Shown here: one piece after another, positions 42,119 through 50,667 of the stretch
Numbering within the stretch: the stretch's first letter is position 1
Layout: every line of letters starts with the position of its first letter
NCBI GenBank assembly: GCA_963790305.1
Contig: CAWBOC010000002.1
Span: 128,001-192,000 of the forward strand
Length of the DNA stretch: 64,000 bases
Source: an uncultured Gemmatimonadaceae bacterium
GTDB taxonomy: Bacteria; Gemmatimonadota; Gemmatimonadetes; Gemmatimonadales; Gemmatimonadaceae
Reading direction: 5' to 3'
Position numbers and translations under genes: made by a program
The notes under the pieces: generated by a model
Seen by the model: the letters and a program-made list of their open reading frames with translations, nothing else
Database searches by the model: none
Told to the model about the DNA's origin: nothing

Positions 42119-43241
42119 TCGCGCGTCGACCGCGGCTGGGCTTCGGGTCACGGGCGGCGCGATGGTCTATCGGCTGTTCGACGTGGGGTACGAGATCCAG
42201 CTCGACCGCGCGCTGGCGTTGCTGGAAGGCAAGGCGCCGGTGCGCGAGCGCCCGCTGCGCGGCGAAGCGCAAGCGATGCAGATCGCCAATCCGCCGGTGA
42301 GCGTCACGCTCGGCGAAGACCGAGTCGTCATCGACGACCGCTCGTATGACGCGACGATGTCGGCGCGGATCTTCGACTTCGGGGTCGTGTCGCTGCGACT
42401 TCGCGTCGACGCGGGCGCCGCGATTGGGTGGGAGCAGTACTCACGCTTCGGCAATGCCGTGGACGTCGGCACCGACCTCGCGCCGCTCTTTCAGCGGCAT
42501 CTGCAGACGTTGTTCGAGCGCATCCAGCCAGCGATCGAGCGCCCCGCGATTGCCCCGGTCTCGGAAGACTACGTCGTGTTTCGCATTCGCCGTCTCGAGG
42601 ACGCGAACGGTCGCATCGCCTCAGCCGACGCGCTCGGCGACAATGACATCATCCCGCTGCTGCTCAACGAATCCCGACCGCTGTCGGCGGCGGCGCGCCG
42701 CGAGCTGCTCCCACACCGCTTTTCATATTACGGAGACGATCTCACGATCCTCACCTGGGACAACGCGCTCGTCCTCGAGCCGGTGGCCGAAGATACCGAC
42801 GTGCAGTACATCCTGGAGTTCGCCAACGCGCAGCTGCTCGAGCTCCGCTTCTACAATGCGGTGCTCGACACCGAGCTCACGCGCATGTACGACCGTATCT
42901 CCGAGGCGCGCGCCAAGCCCGCCCGATTCTTTCGCCGGCGCTTCACGAATCTGCTGACGCGGCTGCTGTCGATCGTCGCCGATTCCACCGAGCTGGTGGA
43001 GCGCGCGGAGAACTCCCTCAAGGTGACGGACGACGTCTACCTCGCGCGCATCTATTCCGCGGCGCTCGAGATTTTCCGCGGCCGCGCCTGGCGCGCGGGG
43101 ATCGATCGAAAGCTGACGATCATCCGCGAGACCTACGCGATGCTCAACGCCGAGGGCCAGGCCGCTCGCGGCGAGGCGCTCGAGCTGGCGATTGTGCTGC
43201 TGTTCGTGCTGGAGATCGTGTTGGCGTCGTTCGTGAGGTGA
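42111..43241 (+). CDS. Conserved hypothetical protein, RMD1/DUF155-like with C-terminal TM
   Basis: LEFANAQLLELRFY, DDVYLARIY, LELAIVLL; family assignment by resemblance. Confidence 0.65.
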   Translation: MIDRASTAAGLRVTGGAMVYRLFDVGYEIQLDRALALLEGKAPVRERPLRGEAQAMQIANPPVSVTLGEDRVVIDDRSYDATMSARIFDFGVVSLRLRVDAGAAIGWEQYSRFGNAVDVGTDLAPLFQRHLQTLFERIQPAIERPAIAPVSEDYVVFRIRRLEDANGRIASADALGDNDIIPLLLNESRPLSAAARRELLPHRFSYYGDDLTILTWDNALVLEPVAEDTDVQYILEFANAQLLELRFYNAVLDTELTRMYDRISEARAKPARFFRRRFTNLLTRLLSIVADSTELVERAENSLKVTDDVYLARIYSAALEIFRGRAWRAGIDRKLTIIRETYAMLNAEGQAARGEALELAIVLLFVLEIVLASFVR

Positions 43242-43375
43242 GGTGCTCGAGGTAGGCGAGGTGCTCGATGTGCTCGAGGTGCAAAAGCAAACGGGGCCGC
43301 CGAAGCGACCCCGTTCGTGTTCATCCCCTGAGAACCTCGAGCACCTCGAGCACCGCGACTACCTCGAGCACCTCA
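43239..43375. repeat. Nonamer-arm palindrome (GAGGTGCTC family) enclosing a terminator-like hairpin
   Basis: About five units per arm; inner AACGGGGCCGC-cgaa-GCGACCCCGTT at 43290-43315. Confidence 0.85.
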
Positions 43376-43377
43376 GG

Positions 43378-43839
43378 TTAGTCATCGAGATCTCCGCACG
43401 CGACAATCGTCTGCAGGTTCGTCGGCGAGGCGTGCACGTTGATGATGTAATCCTTCGCCTCATCGAGCGAGTAGTTCAGGACCGTGTTGGCCGACGCCGT
43501 GCCGTCGTTGGCGACGACGATCGGCGGGTACCACGACGCCTCGCCGAAGATGCCCATGTCGTTGTCGCAGGTCCCCAAATGCACGTGCCACGGGAGCCGT
43601 TGGCCGGCCATCGCGTTGGCGAGGTTGACGGTAACCGTCGTCTTGCCGTTGGCCACGACCGCCTTGAACGATCCTGTGATCGCCGAGCCGCCACGTGGGC
43701 TGAGCGACCCGCTCCAATCTTCGCCCTGCTTTGTCGGGGACTCAATGTCTACGTCGAGTGCGCCCGTAGCCTCGTTGGCGTGCGTGCGAACGCAACCAAC
43801 GACCGCGAAGGCCGCCATCGTGAGAATCATGCGACGCAT
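43378..43839 (-). CDS. Lipoprotein, CHRD/Cu-Zn SOD-like fold
   Basis: Lipobox VVGC; PWHVHLGTC, YIINVH, IVACGDL. Confidence 0.7.
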   Translation of the reverse strand: MRRMILTMAAFAVVGCVRTHANEATGALDVDIESPTKQGEDWSGSLSPRGGSAITGSFKAVVANGKTTVTVNLANAMAGQRLPWHVHLGTCDNDMGIFGEASWYPPIVVANDGTASANTVLNYSLDEAKDYIINVHASPTNLQTIVACGDLDD

Positions 43840-43996
43840 AAACGCTCCTCATGTTTCTGGTCGAACGTCCTGCGTGTATGCAGGCCGCCGGTCAGGGAAT
43901 AGGCAGTTTGTGCGCCAAATCCTGCCCCTTTTGTCGAGTTTTTGCCGCGGGTCCTAAGGCCTCGACGTGATGGCCGTCACCAACAGCGCCGAGGGG

Positions 43997-44830
43997 CTAC
44001 GCCGAGCGCGCGGTGGGCCGGGAGAGGGTCTGATCGAGCCACGCGGCGACCTCGGCGGCGATGCGGTCCCACCCCGCTTCCCAGATGAGGAAGTGCGCAT
44101 TGCCCGCGTACGCCCGAAAGGGCGCTTCGTACTTTCGCGCGACCCTTCGCTGGATGCGGGGCGGGATTGCGACGTCGTCCGCACCGGCGACAACCAGCAC
44201 GGGGGAGGTCACCCGTTTCTCGTCGATCGCGATGCGGCCGAACGTGATATCGCGGCCGACGCGACCGCTGGCGGGCGTCCAGAGCGGCAAGAACGACGCG
44301 ACCTCGGCAGGATCCACTCTGTTGAGGAAGAGATCCGCCGCATCTCGTGGATTGACGGTGATCGCGCGCGAGGTGAGCATCGCCCAAACGTGCTTGAGCT
44401 CGCGTCGGAACAATGGCCAGCTGAGCAGGGGGATTCCGCGGGGTGGCACCGAGCTCAGCAGAATCGTCGCCCCCGGTGAGATGGACTCCGCTGCTTTTTG
44501 CACGACGAGACCGCCCATGGAGTGCCCAACGAGTATGAGGGGCGCTCCAGGATGTCTCTGGCGGATGCCGGCGGACGCATCGCGGACGTCGGCGACGTAG
44601 TCCATCACCGACACCTGCCCGAAATTCTCCACGGGCCGGCTTCCATGATGCCCACGCAGGTTGAGCGCGTACGCGGGGTGGCCGCGTGCGCCGAAAAACT
44701 TCAGCCACTTCGCGAAGTACCACGCTCCGCCCATGATGCCGTGCACCATGACCACCGGTGGCTGTGACGCGCGCGCGGGGACAGAGACGTCGAGCGTCAG
44801 ATCGCCAATGCTGATGTTATGACCCATCAC
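43997..44830 (-). CDS. Alpha/beta hydrolase
   Basis: VHG, LRGHHGS, GHSMGG, GADD, AH. Confidence 0.88.
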   Translation of the reverse strand: MMGHNISIGDLTLDVSVPARASQPPVVMVHGIMGGAWYFAKWLKFFGARGHPAYALNLRGHHGSRPVENFGQVSVMDYVADVRDASAGIRQRHPGAPLILVGHSMGGLVVQKAAESISPGATILLSSVPPRGIPLLSWPLFRRELKHVWAMLTSRAITVNPRDAADLFLNRVDPAEVASFLPLWTPASGRVGRDITFGRIAIDEKRVTSPVLVVAGADDVAIPPRIQRRVARKYEAPFRAYAGNAHFLIWEAGWDRIAAEVAAWLDQTLSRPTARSA

Positions 44831-44877
44831 GTTACCTCGCGTATCTTCCCGTCAACTCTCACGCGACTCGCATCTGC

Positions 44878-45183
44878 ATGGAGCCTTACGCTCGACATGT
44901 GCTCGTGTGCACCGGCGGCTTCTGCTCGCCAGACCGCGACGGCCGCGCGCTGTACGCGTTGCTTCCCACGCTCCTCGAGCGGGAAGGCCTGCTCTTCGGC
45001 CCCACCAGGGTGAAGCGCGGCGAGACCCCGTGCCTCGGCGTCTGCAGCGGCGGGCCGATCGTCGTCGTGTACCCCGAGGGGATATGGTATGGAAACGTGA
45101 CGCCCATGCTCCTCGAGCGGATCGTGACTGAGCATCTTCGCGACGGTCGGGTCATCGCGGAAGCAGTGATCCATACACTCTAG
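44878..45183 (+). CDS. Thioredoxin-like [2Fe-2S] ferredoxin
   Basis: HVLVCTGGFC...CLGVCSGGP.VVVYPEGIWY. Confidence 0.88.
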   Translation: MEPYARHVLVCTGGFCSPDRDGRALYALLPTLLEREGLLFGPTRVKRGETPCLGVCSGGPIVVVYPEGIWYGNVTPMLLERIVTEHLRDGRVIAEAVIHTL

Positions 45184-45215
45184 GTTGTCGAGGTCATCCT
45201 CGACCGCCTTCGCCG

Positions 45216-46049
45216 TCACACCGGGGCGAGTGCGCGCAGCCGAGCTACGCGCTCCTCCGTCGACGGATGCGTCGAGAAAAGCTTCGCGAACCCCGAGCCT
45301 GTCGCCGCCAGCGGATTCACCTGCGCCAGCGGCGCCGCGGCGGGCGATACGTGCATGGGAATGCGGCGCGAGTACGCGTCGAGCTTTTGCAGCGCGCTCG
45401 CGAGTGGGATGGGTTGCCCGGTGATTTGCGCGCCGACGGCATCGGCCTTGAACTCGCGCTGACGACTGATCGCGAACTGGATCATCATCGCCGCGATCGG
45501 CGCCACCACGATCATGACGATCGTCGCCAGCGGATTCGAGTTCTCGTCGTCCCGACCACCGAAAAACATCAGCATGAAGCCGAGGTTCGAGATGGCGCCC
45601 GCCATCGTCGCCGCGATCGTCTGGAGCAGCATGTCGCGGTTCTTGATGTGCGCGAGCTCGTGCGCGAGCACCCCTTCCAGCTCGTCCTTGCCAACGAGCT
45701 TGAGGAGCCCGGCGGTCACGCAGACGACCGACTTCTCCGGCGAGCGCCCCGTCGCGAACGCGTTCGGCTGCTCATGCGGCGCGATGGCGACGAGCGGCAT
45801 CGGCAGGCCGGCCCGCTGGCGCAGGCGATCCACCATCGCGTACAGCTCGGGCGCTTGCGACGCATCGACGACCTGCGCGCGATACATCCGCAGTACCATG
45901 TTCGTCGACGCGAAGTACATGACGAAGTTGCCGAGCGCCGAGACGACCAGCATCGTCACCAGCCCGCTCTGGCCGCCGAAGTAGGCACCCAGCGCGGCCA
46001 GCAGCCCGGTGAGCGCCGCCATCAGCGTGAACACTTTCACATTGTTCAT
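45216..46049 (-). CDS. htpX: Zinc metalloprotease HtpX
   Basis: PNAFATGR, HELAH, ISRQREFKAD, LFSTHP. Confidence 0.93.
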   Translation of the reverse strand: MNNVKVFTLMAALTGLLAALGAYFGGQSGLVTMLVVSALGNFVMYFASTNMVLRMYRAQVVDASQAPELYAMVDRLRQRAGLPMPLVAIAPHEQPNAFATGRSPEKSVVCVTAGLLKLVGKDELEGVLAHELAHIKNRDMLLQTIAATMAGAISNLGFMLMFFGGRDDENSNPLATIVMIVVAPIAAMMIQFAISRQREFKADAVGAQITGQPIPLASALQKLDAYSRRIPMHVSPAAAPLAQVNPLAATGSGFAKLFSTHPSTEERVARLRALAPV

Positions 46050-46287
46050 CGAAGTCTCCTGGACCCTGGATGTGCGAAAGGCGAGCCTCGCGCATCCGGA
46101 TATGAATCCGACTGTGCAAAGGTCTCGCCTTGTCCCAGAGGGACCCGCGGGAGCCGTGCGCCCGTGATGTGAGCGCAGTCCTGACGACTCGCGCGCGCGG
46201 ACACCGTCCGCGTAGCTACTCCCCTTCGACGCGAAATCTAACGGGATGCACAGCCCACGGGTATCACCCGAGACCAAACGGATCGCG

Positions 46288-47757
46288 CTACGGCCGTTCC
46301 TTCTCTTTTTTGGGCTTCGGCAGCTTGGGAAGCCTTGGCTCCATGCGCGTCCAGAGGACAATCGTTCCGCACCCGCTTGGACTCCAGTACTCGACCGGCG
46401 CCTGCGTGCTGCTCGTGTAGACCTCGATTGCCTCGAGCGAGTTCACCGACGCCAGAAAATCGAGATCCTCCCCCGAGCCGAGCCGATGGCCGTCCAGGAA
46501 CACCGTCGGTCGACATGGGCCGGACATGTTGTCGCCACGCGCAAACGTCACCACGTCACTTCCCTGAGTCGCGTAGACGCGGACACCTGGCACCCGCCGC
46601 AGTACATCGGTCACGCGCGACGCGGCACTTCGCTCGAGCTCGTCGCGCATGATGAAGTGCCCGAACCCGCGCCGGCGCCGCTGCTCGATCTCCGACTGGC
46701 GACGCGAATACAGGGTCCGCGCGGTCACACGCACCGCGTCCAGCATGCGCACCGGCTTTTCGAGCACGACGTCCACCGACGTCGCTGAGCGCGCTGCCAA
46801 ATGCACGGGGAGCTGTTGGGGCGCAAAGCCAATGCGCCGCACCTCCAGCGCGTGCGTTCCAACCGGCAGGCTCGCGATCTCGAAGCGGCCCGACGCGTCC
46901 GTTCGCCCCGTGATCCCGGTGCGCCACACCTCGAGGATCGCATCGGTCACCGGTTGGCCGGACTGGTTGCGCACGGTACCGCTGAGGCGCCCGGGACCGC
47001 GCAACAGCGTATCCATGCGCGCGCCGCCCTCCGCGGCTTCACCCCGGAGCGTGACGAAAGTCGACCCCTCGCCGAGAGCGAGATCGCGTCGCACGATCGC
47101 GCGCGAGGTGATCGTCACCTCGAGGCGACCCGTGGCTCGCTGCTCGGAGCGTGCCTGAATCGAGACGTCACCCGATGACGGAAGGCCGCACAGAGCGTAC
47201 GAGCCGCCCGCGCCCGTCGTCGTTCGCGCGGCCTGCCGCTCGACGCTGAAGCGCTCGCCGATGACGAGGTCCACCCATTGCGCCGTGACGGTCACGTTCG
47301 CCTGTGGCAGGGCCGTATCCGGGTCTCGAACCTCTCCGACGATGACGGATGACGAGTCGAACGGCGGCAATCCGGGGCAAAGCGCGGCGATGATTCTCTC
47401 GGCGGCGGGAAGTCCGAGCTCTACGCGCTCCGGATCGCGCGCGCCGAGCGTGACGCGACGCACCGGTGCCTGCACGGCGAGGGAATCCACGACCGAGTGA
47501 AAGAAGCTCACGAAGTACTCACCCGGGACGACGGAGTCGATGCGGTAGCGACCCCGCGAGTCGGTGACGGCCGATCGCGCCAGCTGCAGCGCATTCGTAC
47601 GGACGAGCTGCACGAGTGCACTGGCGAGCGGGCGCCTGGCAACACTGTCGTAGACCTCGCCGACGACCGAGATGTGCCGACCGGCGGCGGGCTCTTGCGC
47701 CAGAAGGACGGTCGGCGCGACCAACAGCGCGCAGGCGAGGGAAAGGCGAGCGATCAT
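46288..47757 (-). CDS. Secreted protein: three carboxypeptidase-regulatory-like domains + TonB-plug-like domain
   Basis: TDSRGRY, TTGAGGSY and TDASGRF repeats; GFGHFI, DVLRRVPGV, AIEVY, CGTIVLWT; no beta-barrel. Confidence 0.75.
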   Translation of the reverse strand: MIARLSLACALLVAPTVLLAQEPAAGRHISVVGEVYDSVARRPLASALVQLVRTNALQLARSAVTDSRGRYRIDSVVPGEYFVSFFHSVVDSLAVQAPVRRVTLGARDPERVELGLPAAERIIAALCPGLPPFDSSSVIVGEVRDPDTALPQANVTVTAQWVDLVIGERFSVERQAARTTTGAGGSYALCGLPSSGDVSIQARSEQRATGRLEVTITSRAIVRRDLALGEGSTFVTLRGEAAEGGARMDTLLRGPGRLSGTVRNQSGQPVTDAILEVWRTGITGRTDASGRFEIASLPVGTHALEVRRIGFAPQQLPVHLAARSATSVDVVLEKPVRMLDAVRVTARTLYSRRQSEIEQRRRRGFGHFIMRDELERSAASRVTDVLRRVPGVRVYATQGSDVVTFARGDNMSGPCRPTVFLDGHRLGSGEDLDFLASVNSLEAIEVYTSSTQAPVEYWSPSGCGTIVLWTRMEPRLPKLPKPKKEKERP

Positions 47758-47825
47758 TGGGCACCGCAATCGGCGGGAATACCTAACAGGAGTGTCCCCA
47801 TTTATTGGCCGTGTGACGGACGACG

Positions 47826-48134
47826 TCAAGGGTTTCGGGTGCCTCGCTTTGCGAGCTCCTCTCTCACCGCCCGAAGGTGGCGAGGCCAGACGTGCGCGGC
47901 GTATCGAAAGAAGTTGTCGCGCGCCTCCGCGTCCTCAGCGAGATACTCGGCCAGCGTCCGGTGGCCCTTGAGTACGTTGCACGGGCCACAGGCCGTCACT
48001 ATGTTGCCCGCCGTGCGGTCGCCCCCGCGCAGACGCGGCTGCACGTGATCGAGCGTCAGTGCCGCCGCCGGGTGCACGCGCCCGCAGTAGACGCACCTGA
48101 ATCCGTCCCGCGCGAAAATCTCCTCACGCGTCAT
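47826..48134 (-). CDS. Small HNH endonuclease
   Basis: RDGFRCVYCG, TLDHVQP...GG, NIVTACGPCN. Confidence 0.88.
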   Translation of the reverse strand: MTREEIFARDGFRCVYCGRVHPAAALTLDHVQPRLRGGDRTAGNIVTACGPCNVLKGHRTLAEYLAEDAEARDNFFRYAAHVWPRHLRAVREELAKRGTRNP

Positions 48135-48276
48135 GGCTGAACCTCCTGATTCGCGTCGCGCGATCGTGCGAGCGGCGCGACGCTTTCTTCTCGATCCCTC
48201 GACGGACGGCGTGCCTCCCGCCCCGGAGGACGTGCCGCCGCGTCTTACCCCTGCCGCCCTCGACCAGGTCCGACGC

Positions 48277-48459
48277 ATGTCCCGCTCCCGCGAACGCATC
48301 CTCGCCAACCTCAATGACATGTACCGCGAGGCGTTCGAGCGCGCCAAGGCGACGCAAGACCAATCGCAGATGGCCGCGCTCGACTTCGCCTATCGGCGTG
48401 AGCAGCTGTACTTCGAGATTCTGCTGGATATCCGAGACGGGCTCGAACGGCCGAGGTGA
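48277..48459 (+). CDS. Small helical hypothetical protein
   Basis: Most protein-like part of ORF 48133..48459 (MSRSRERILANL...LLDIRDGL); start uncertain. Confidence 0.55.
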   Translation: MSRSRERILANLNDMYREAFERAKATQDQSQMAALDFAYRREQLYFEILLDIRDGLERPR

Positions 48460-48545
48460 TCGAGGACGTCGAGGTAGTCGAGGTGAGAGCACCCTCGACG
48501 ACCTCACCTCGATTACCTCGACATCCTCGATAACCTCGACCACCT
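48452..48545. repeat. Nonamer-arm palindrome, TCGAGGTGA family
   Basis: Four CGAGG 9-mers then about five CCTCGA 9-mers; contains the upstream stop codon. Confidence 0.8.
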
Positions 48546-48553
48546 TTGCCAGG

Positions 48554-50236
48554 GTGAACCTCAGGTATCTGCTGGCGCCGCTCACCTTCCTAATCGCGAC
48601 AAGCTGTGCCAGCGCTCCAGTGACTCAATCTCCCATCACGCTCGCCGTCGTGAACGCGCGCGCGTGGACTGGCGATCCCAGGCGACCGTGGGCTGACGCC
48701 ATCGCGGTCGAGGGAGAGCGAATCGCAGCAGTGGGCTCGAGCGCGGAAGTCCGGAAGCTCGCCGGGACCACCGCGAGAGTGATCGATGCGCGTGGGATGA
48801 TGATCGTTCCCGGCTTCATCGATTCGCACATCCATTTCATCGATGGCGGATTCGGCCTGGCGGCGGTCCAGCTCCGTGACGCGAAGACCCCATCGGAGTT
48901 CATCGCACGCATCAAGGCGTTCGCCGCCTCCGCCCCTCCCGGGACGTGGATCACCGAAGGCAATTGGGACCACGAGCTGTGGGGTGGCGAGCTGCCGCGG
49001 CGTGACTGGATCGATTCGATCACCACGAACATTCCGGTGTGGGTGCAGCGTCTCGACGGCCACATGGGGCTCGCCAACAGTGCGGCCCTGCGCGCGGCGG
49101 GCATTACCAGCGCCACACCCGACGTCAGCGGTGGGACCATCGTCCGGGGAGCGAGCGGGGAGCCCACGGGGATCCTCAAGGACAACGCGACGGAGCTGAT
49201 CGCGCGTGTCATTCCGCCGCCGACGGACGAGCAGATGCAGCGCGCGCTGGACGCGGCGATGCGTTTTGTGGCCGAGCAGGGCGTCACGTCGGTGCACCAC
49301 ATGGGTACCTGGCGTGAGCTGGCGGCCTTCGAGCGCGCCAACGGGGCGGGGCGATTGCGCACGCGCATCTACGCGGCGGTTCCGCTGTCGTCGTGGCAGC
49401 GACTCCGCGATACCGTTGCCGCGCGTGGCCGCGGCGATCCCTGGCTCAAACGCGGTGTGCTCAAAGCGTACGTCGACGGCTCGCTCGGCTCGCACACGGC
49501 GGCGTTCTTCGAGCCGTTCACCGACGCGCCCAACGATCGTGGCCTGCTCGTGAGTACTCCCGAGGACCTGTACGCGTGGGTGTCAGGAGCCGATAGAGCG
49601 GGCCTTCACGTCGCGGTGCACGCCATCGGCGATCGCGCCATCAATCTGATCCTCGGCATCTTCGAGCGCGTGGCGAAGGAAAACGGAGCGCGCGATCGGC
49701 GCTTCCGCGTGGAGCACGCCCAGCACATAGCGCCCGCGGACATCTCACGGTTCGCCGCGTTGAGCGTCATCCCGAGCATGCAGCCCTATCACGCGATCGA
49801 TGACGGTCGTTGGGCCGACAGGGTGATCGGCGCCGAGCGCTCTCGCACGACGTACGCGTTTCGCTCGCTGCTCGACGCGCGCGCACGACTCGCGTTCGGC
49901 AGCGACTGGTACGTCGCGCCGCCGACCCCACTCGAGGGGATCTATGCGGCTGTCACCCGTCGGACGATCGACGAAAAGCAGCCAGGCGGATGGGTGCCGG
50001 AGCAGAAGATCACTGTGGAGGAGGCGCTCCGCGCGTACACCATGGGTGCGGCGTACGCGGAGTTTGCCGAGGAGGAAAAGGGTTCGCTGGTCCGCGGAAA
50101 GCTCGCGGACTTCGTCCTCATCGACCGCGATCTCACCCGGATTCCGCCGGAAACCATTCGCGATGCGCGCGTGATGATGACGGTCGTGGGGGGCCGGGTG
50201 GTCTTCGATCGACAGCCCGATGGAGAGAGACGATGA
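48554..50236 (+). CDS. Amidohydrolase 3 (YtcJ-like), probable lipoprotein
   Basis: PGFIDSHIH, DGH, KAYVDGSLGS, HAIGD, RVEHAQ, GSDW, GKLADFV. Confidence 0.92.
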   Translation: MNLRYLLAPLTFLIATSCASAPVTQSPITLAVVNARAWTGDPRRPWADAIAVEGERIAAVGSSAEVRKLAGTTARVIDARGMMIVPGFIDSHIHFIDGGFGLAAVQLRDAKTPSEFIARIKAFAASAPPGTWITEGNWDHELWGGELPRRDWIDSITTNIPVWVQRLDGHMGLANSAALRAAGITSATPDVSGGTIVRGASGEPTGILKDNATELIARVIPPPTDEQMQRALDAAMRFVAEQGVTSVHHMGTWRELAAFERANGAGRLRTRIYAAVPLSSWQRLRDTVAARGRGDPWLKRGVLKAYVDGSLGSHTAAFFEPFTDAPNDRGLLVSTPEDLYAWVSGADRAGLHVAVHAIGDRAINLILGIFERVAKENGARDRRFRVEHAQHIAPADISRFAALSVIPSMQPYHAIDDGRWADRVIGAERSRTTYAFRSLLDARARLAFGSDWYVAPPTPLEGIYAAVTRRTIDEKQPGGWVPEQKITVEEALRAYTMGAAYAEFAEEEKGSLVRGKLADFVLIDRDLTRIPPETIRDARVMMTVVGGRVVFDRQPDGERR

Positions 50237-50649
50237 CGACCATTCGTGTGCGGGTGCTGGTGGCGGCGATCCTCGTCGCGGGATGCGCCCAACCGGAGGA
50301 AGAACCCCCGGCCGTCCAACAGCCTCCGGTACAGAGTCGTGGTACGCGCGAAGCGCGAATCCGCGAGCTCGAGCAGCAGGCCCGAGCCCTCGCCAGGACC
50401 GATGGCTGCGACCAGGTCAATCAATGCACGTCGGCGCCGGTGGGCGCGAAGGGGTGCGGTGGCCCGCGGAGCTACCTCGTCTACTGCAAGGCGACGACGG
50501 ATGAGGCGGCGCTGTTGCGCGTCCTCGATGAGCTGCAGCGCGCGGAGGCGGAGTACAATCGCGTGGAGCAGATCGCGTCCGATTGCATGATGGTCATGCC
50601 GCCCGAGGTCAGGCTCGAGGGGCGCACCTGCTCGGCCGCGACGCCCTAG
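50233..50649 (+). CDS. Cys-rich lipoprotein
   Basis: Lipobox VAGC, six further Cys, GAKGCGGP motif; ATGA overlap with the upstream gene. Confidence 0.7.
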   Translation: MTTIRVRVLVAAILVAGCAQPEEEPPAVQQPPVQSRGTREARIRELEQQARALARTDGCDQVNQCTSAPVGAKGCGGPRSYLVYCKATTDEAALLRVLDELQRAEAEYNRVEQIASDCMMVMPPEVRLEGRTCSAATP

Positions 50650-50667
50650 TCCAGCGCCTCGAGTCCG

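Noticed and set aside
48132..48135. Divergent genes sharing a CATG start
   Set aside because: The plus-strand gene more plausibly starts at 48277, leaving a normal promoter gap.
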